A model generated the notes under the pieces. It ran no database searches. It had not been told where the DNA came from and was given only the letters and a program-made list of their open reading frames with translations. This document shows, in pieces, positions 62,641 to 64,000 of a DNA stretch of 64,000 bases (its first letter is position 1; every line of letters starts with the position of its first letter). The stretch is taken from positions 576,001 through 640,000 of the forward strand of contig CAXXMU010000002.1 in assembly GCA_963667785.2 (NCBI GenBank), in the 5' to 3' direction. The translations under genes and the position numbers were made by a program. The DNA comes from Alphaproteobacteria bacterium. Its GTDB lineage: Bacteria > Pseudomonadota > Alphaproteobacteria > UBA828.

Positions 62641-63428
62641 TGCGCTTCCTGGGAAAGGCCGCGCTCGTCACCGGCGGAGGCGGGGGCATCGGCAGCGCCA
62701 TCGCCGAGCGGCTCGCCTTCGAGGGCGCAGCCGTCGGCGTGCTCGACCGGCGAGGCGATGCGGCGGCGGACGTGGCGGCACGGGTGGAGGCGGCGGGTGC
62801 GAAGGCGCTCGCGCTCACCGCCGAGATCACCGAGCCGGACTCGGTCGCCGCCGCCCTGGCGACGATGACCGACGCTGTCGGCGCGCCGGACGTGCTGGTC
62901 AACAACGCGGCATGGGCGCTCAAGGGCGACCTGGAGAGCACGGCCCTCGCCGACTGGCAGGCGGAGCTCGCGATCGACCTCGACGGCCAGTTCGTCTGCG
63001 CCAAGGCGGTGCTGCCCGGCATGGTCGCGCGCGGCGCCGGCGCCATCGTCAACATCGGCTCGGTCAACGGCCTGATGGCGCTCGGCAACCCGGCCTACAG
63101 CGCCGCCAAGGCAGGCCTGCTCAGCTTCACCCGCTCGCTCGCAGTGGAGTACGGGCCGAATGGCATCCGCGCCAACATGGTCTCGCCCGGCACGGTGGAG
63201 ACCGACATCGAAACCTGGCGCATCCGGCGCGAGAAGAACCCGCAGATCTTCGAGCAGCTCGCACGCTGGTATCCGGTGGGGCGCGTCGGCCGGCCCGACG
63301 ACATCGCCGCGGCCGTGGCATTCGTCGCCGCCGACGAGGCGGGCTTCGTCAACGGCGCCAACCTGGTGGTCGACGGCGGGCTCACGGCCGGCCTTCCGGT
63401 GATGATCGAGGAGCTGATCCTCGAATAG
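62637..63428 (+). CDS. SDR family oxidoreductase
   Basis: TGGGGGIG, NNA, GSVNG, YSAAK; ATGA overlap with the upstream gene. Confidence 0.9.
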   Translation: MMRFLGKAALVTGGGGGIGSAIAERLAFEGAAVGVLDRRGDAAADVAARVEAAGAKALALTAEITEPDSVAAALATMTDAVGAPDVLVNNAAWALKGDLESTALADWQAELAIDLDGQFVCAKAVLPGMVARGAGAIVNIGSVNGLMALGNPAYSAAKAGLLSFTRSLAVEYGPNGIRANMVSPGTVETDIETWRIRREKNPQIFEQLARWYPVGRVGRPDDIAAAVAFVAADEAGFVNGANLVVDGGLTAGLPVMIEELILE

Positions 63429-63551
63429 GCGCCCCCTGCCGCCCGTCCCCTTGCTGTGCGGGCGGGCTCCCTTGCGCGCTCTTCCGGCGCGCCATAGGCT
63501 TCGGCCGGCGGCGATTTCCGTCACGAGAGACGCGCGAGGAGGTAGGTGTCC

Positions 63552-63959
63552 ATGGCCGAGCCCCTCTCCGGCGGCTGCCTCTGCGGCGACGTGCGCTACG
63601 AGGTCCGCGGGGCACCGGTGTACGTCTTCCACTGCCACTGCTCGATGTGCCGTCGAGCGGGCGGCGCCGCGTTCCAGACCTGGGCGGGGCTCGAGGCCGA
63701 CGCCGTCACGGTCACGCAGGGGACGCCGCAGAGCTACCGGTCGTCCTCCTTCGCGCGCCGGAGTTTTTGCGGACGCTGCGGCGGGCAGCTCTTCTACCAC
63801 TACACCGGGGCGCAGAGCCCGGCGCTCTGGGTTTCGGCGGGCACGCTCGACCACCCGGAACGGGTAACTCCCGACCGCCACGTGTTCGCGGACGACCGCG
63901 TCCCGTGGGTGCACATGGAGGACGGGCTGCCGCGGACCGACGGCGACCCGGAACTCTAG
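63552..63959 (+). CDS. GFA/CENP-V family Zn-binding protein
   Basis: GGCLCG.V.Y, CHCSMCRR, R.FCGRCG. Confidence 0.9.
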   Translation: MAEPLSGGCLCGDVRYEVRGAPVYVFHCHCSMCRRAGGAAFQTWAGLEADAVTVTQGTPQSYRSSSFARRSFCGRCGGQLFYHYTGAQSPALWVSAGTLDHPERVTPDRHVFADDRVPWVHMEDGLPRTDGDPEL

Positions 63960-64000
63960 CGGGACGAGCCATTCGCCAGGACGCCATGCGCGACTTCCTC

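Noticed and set aside
60426-63428. 1000-aa ORF spanning the atp genes to the SDR
   Set aside because: Off-frame read-through; only 62637-63428 encodes the SDR.

Overview
Very GC-rich (roughly 70% by eye) chromosomal segment of an alphaproteobacterium, probably Rhodospirillales-like. This is inferred from conserved gene orders: recN-ligA, cca-DUF6111-CoA pyrophosphatase-DUF1285, mutY/dciA-dsbA-smc, atpI-B-E-G-F and Rrf2-sufBCDS-U-T-A. The housekeeping blocks are interleaved with catabolic modules: a hydantoinase A/B pair, a CUT1 ABC transporter with acoABC, a THI5-type ABC/FAD oxidoreductase/CoA-transferase/crotonase/LysR block between two convergent tRNAs, and an OYE-Fe-S flavoenzyme/SDR pair opposite two amidohydrolases. 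The window also has three tRNAs (Pro-TGG, Pro-GGG, Arg-CCT), two type II toxin-antitoxin modules (MNT-HEPN, HigBA), an orphan DNA methyltransferase and three families of short palindromic intergenic elements. No integrase, transposase, CRISPR array or phage gene was seen. Most notable observations: ATP synthase subunit b with an apparently duplicated membrane anchor; an MNT-HEPN cassette bounded by a 9-bp direct repeat inside a split hairpin; an orphan DPQY methyltransferase inserted in the dciA-dsbA-smc operon; an ABC importer in line with acetoin dehydrogenase; a CTAG-ended MITE followed by two small uncharacterised ORFs; and ligA broken by three +1 insertions (probably assembly error). All calls come from motif and synteny recognition by eye; no searches were run.
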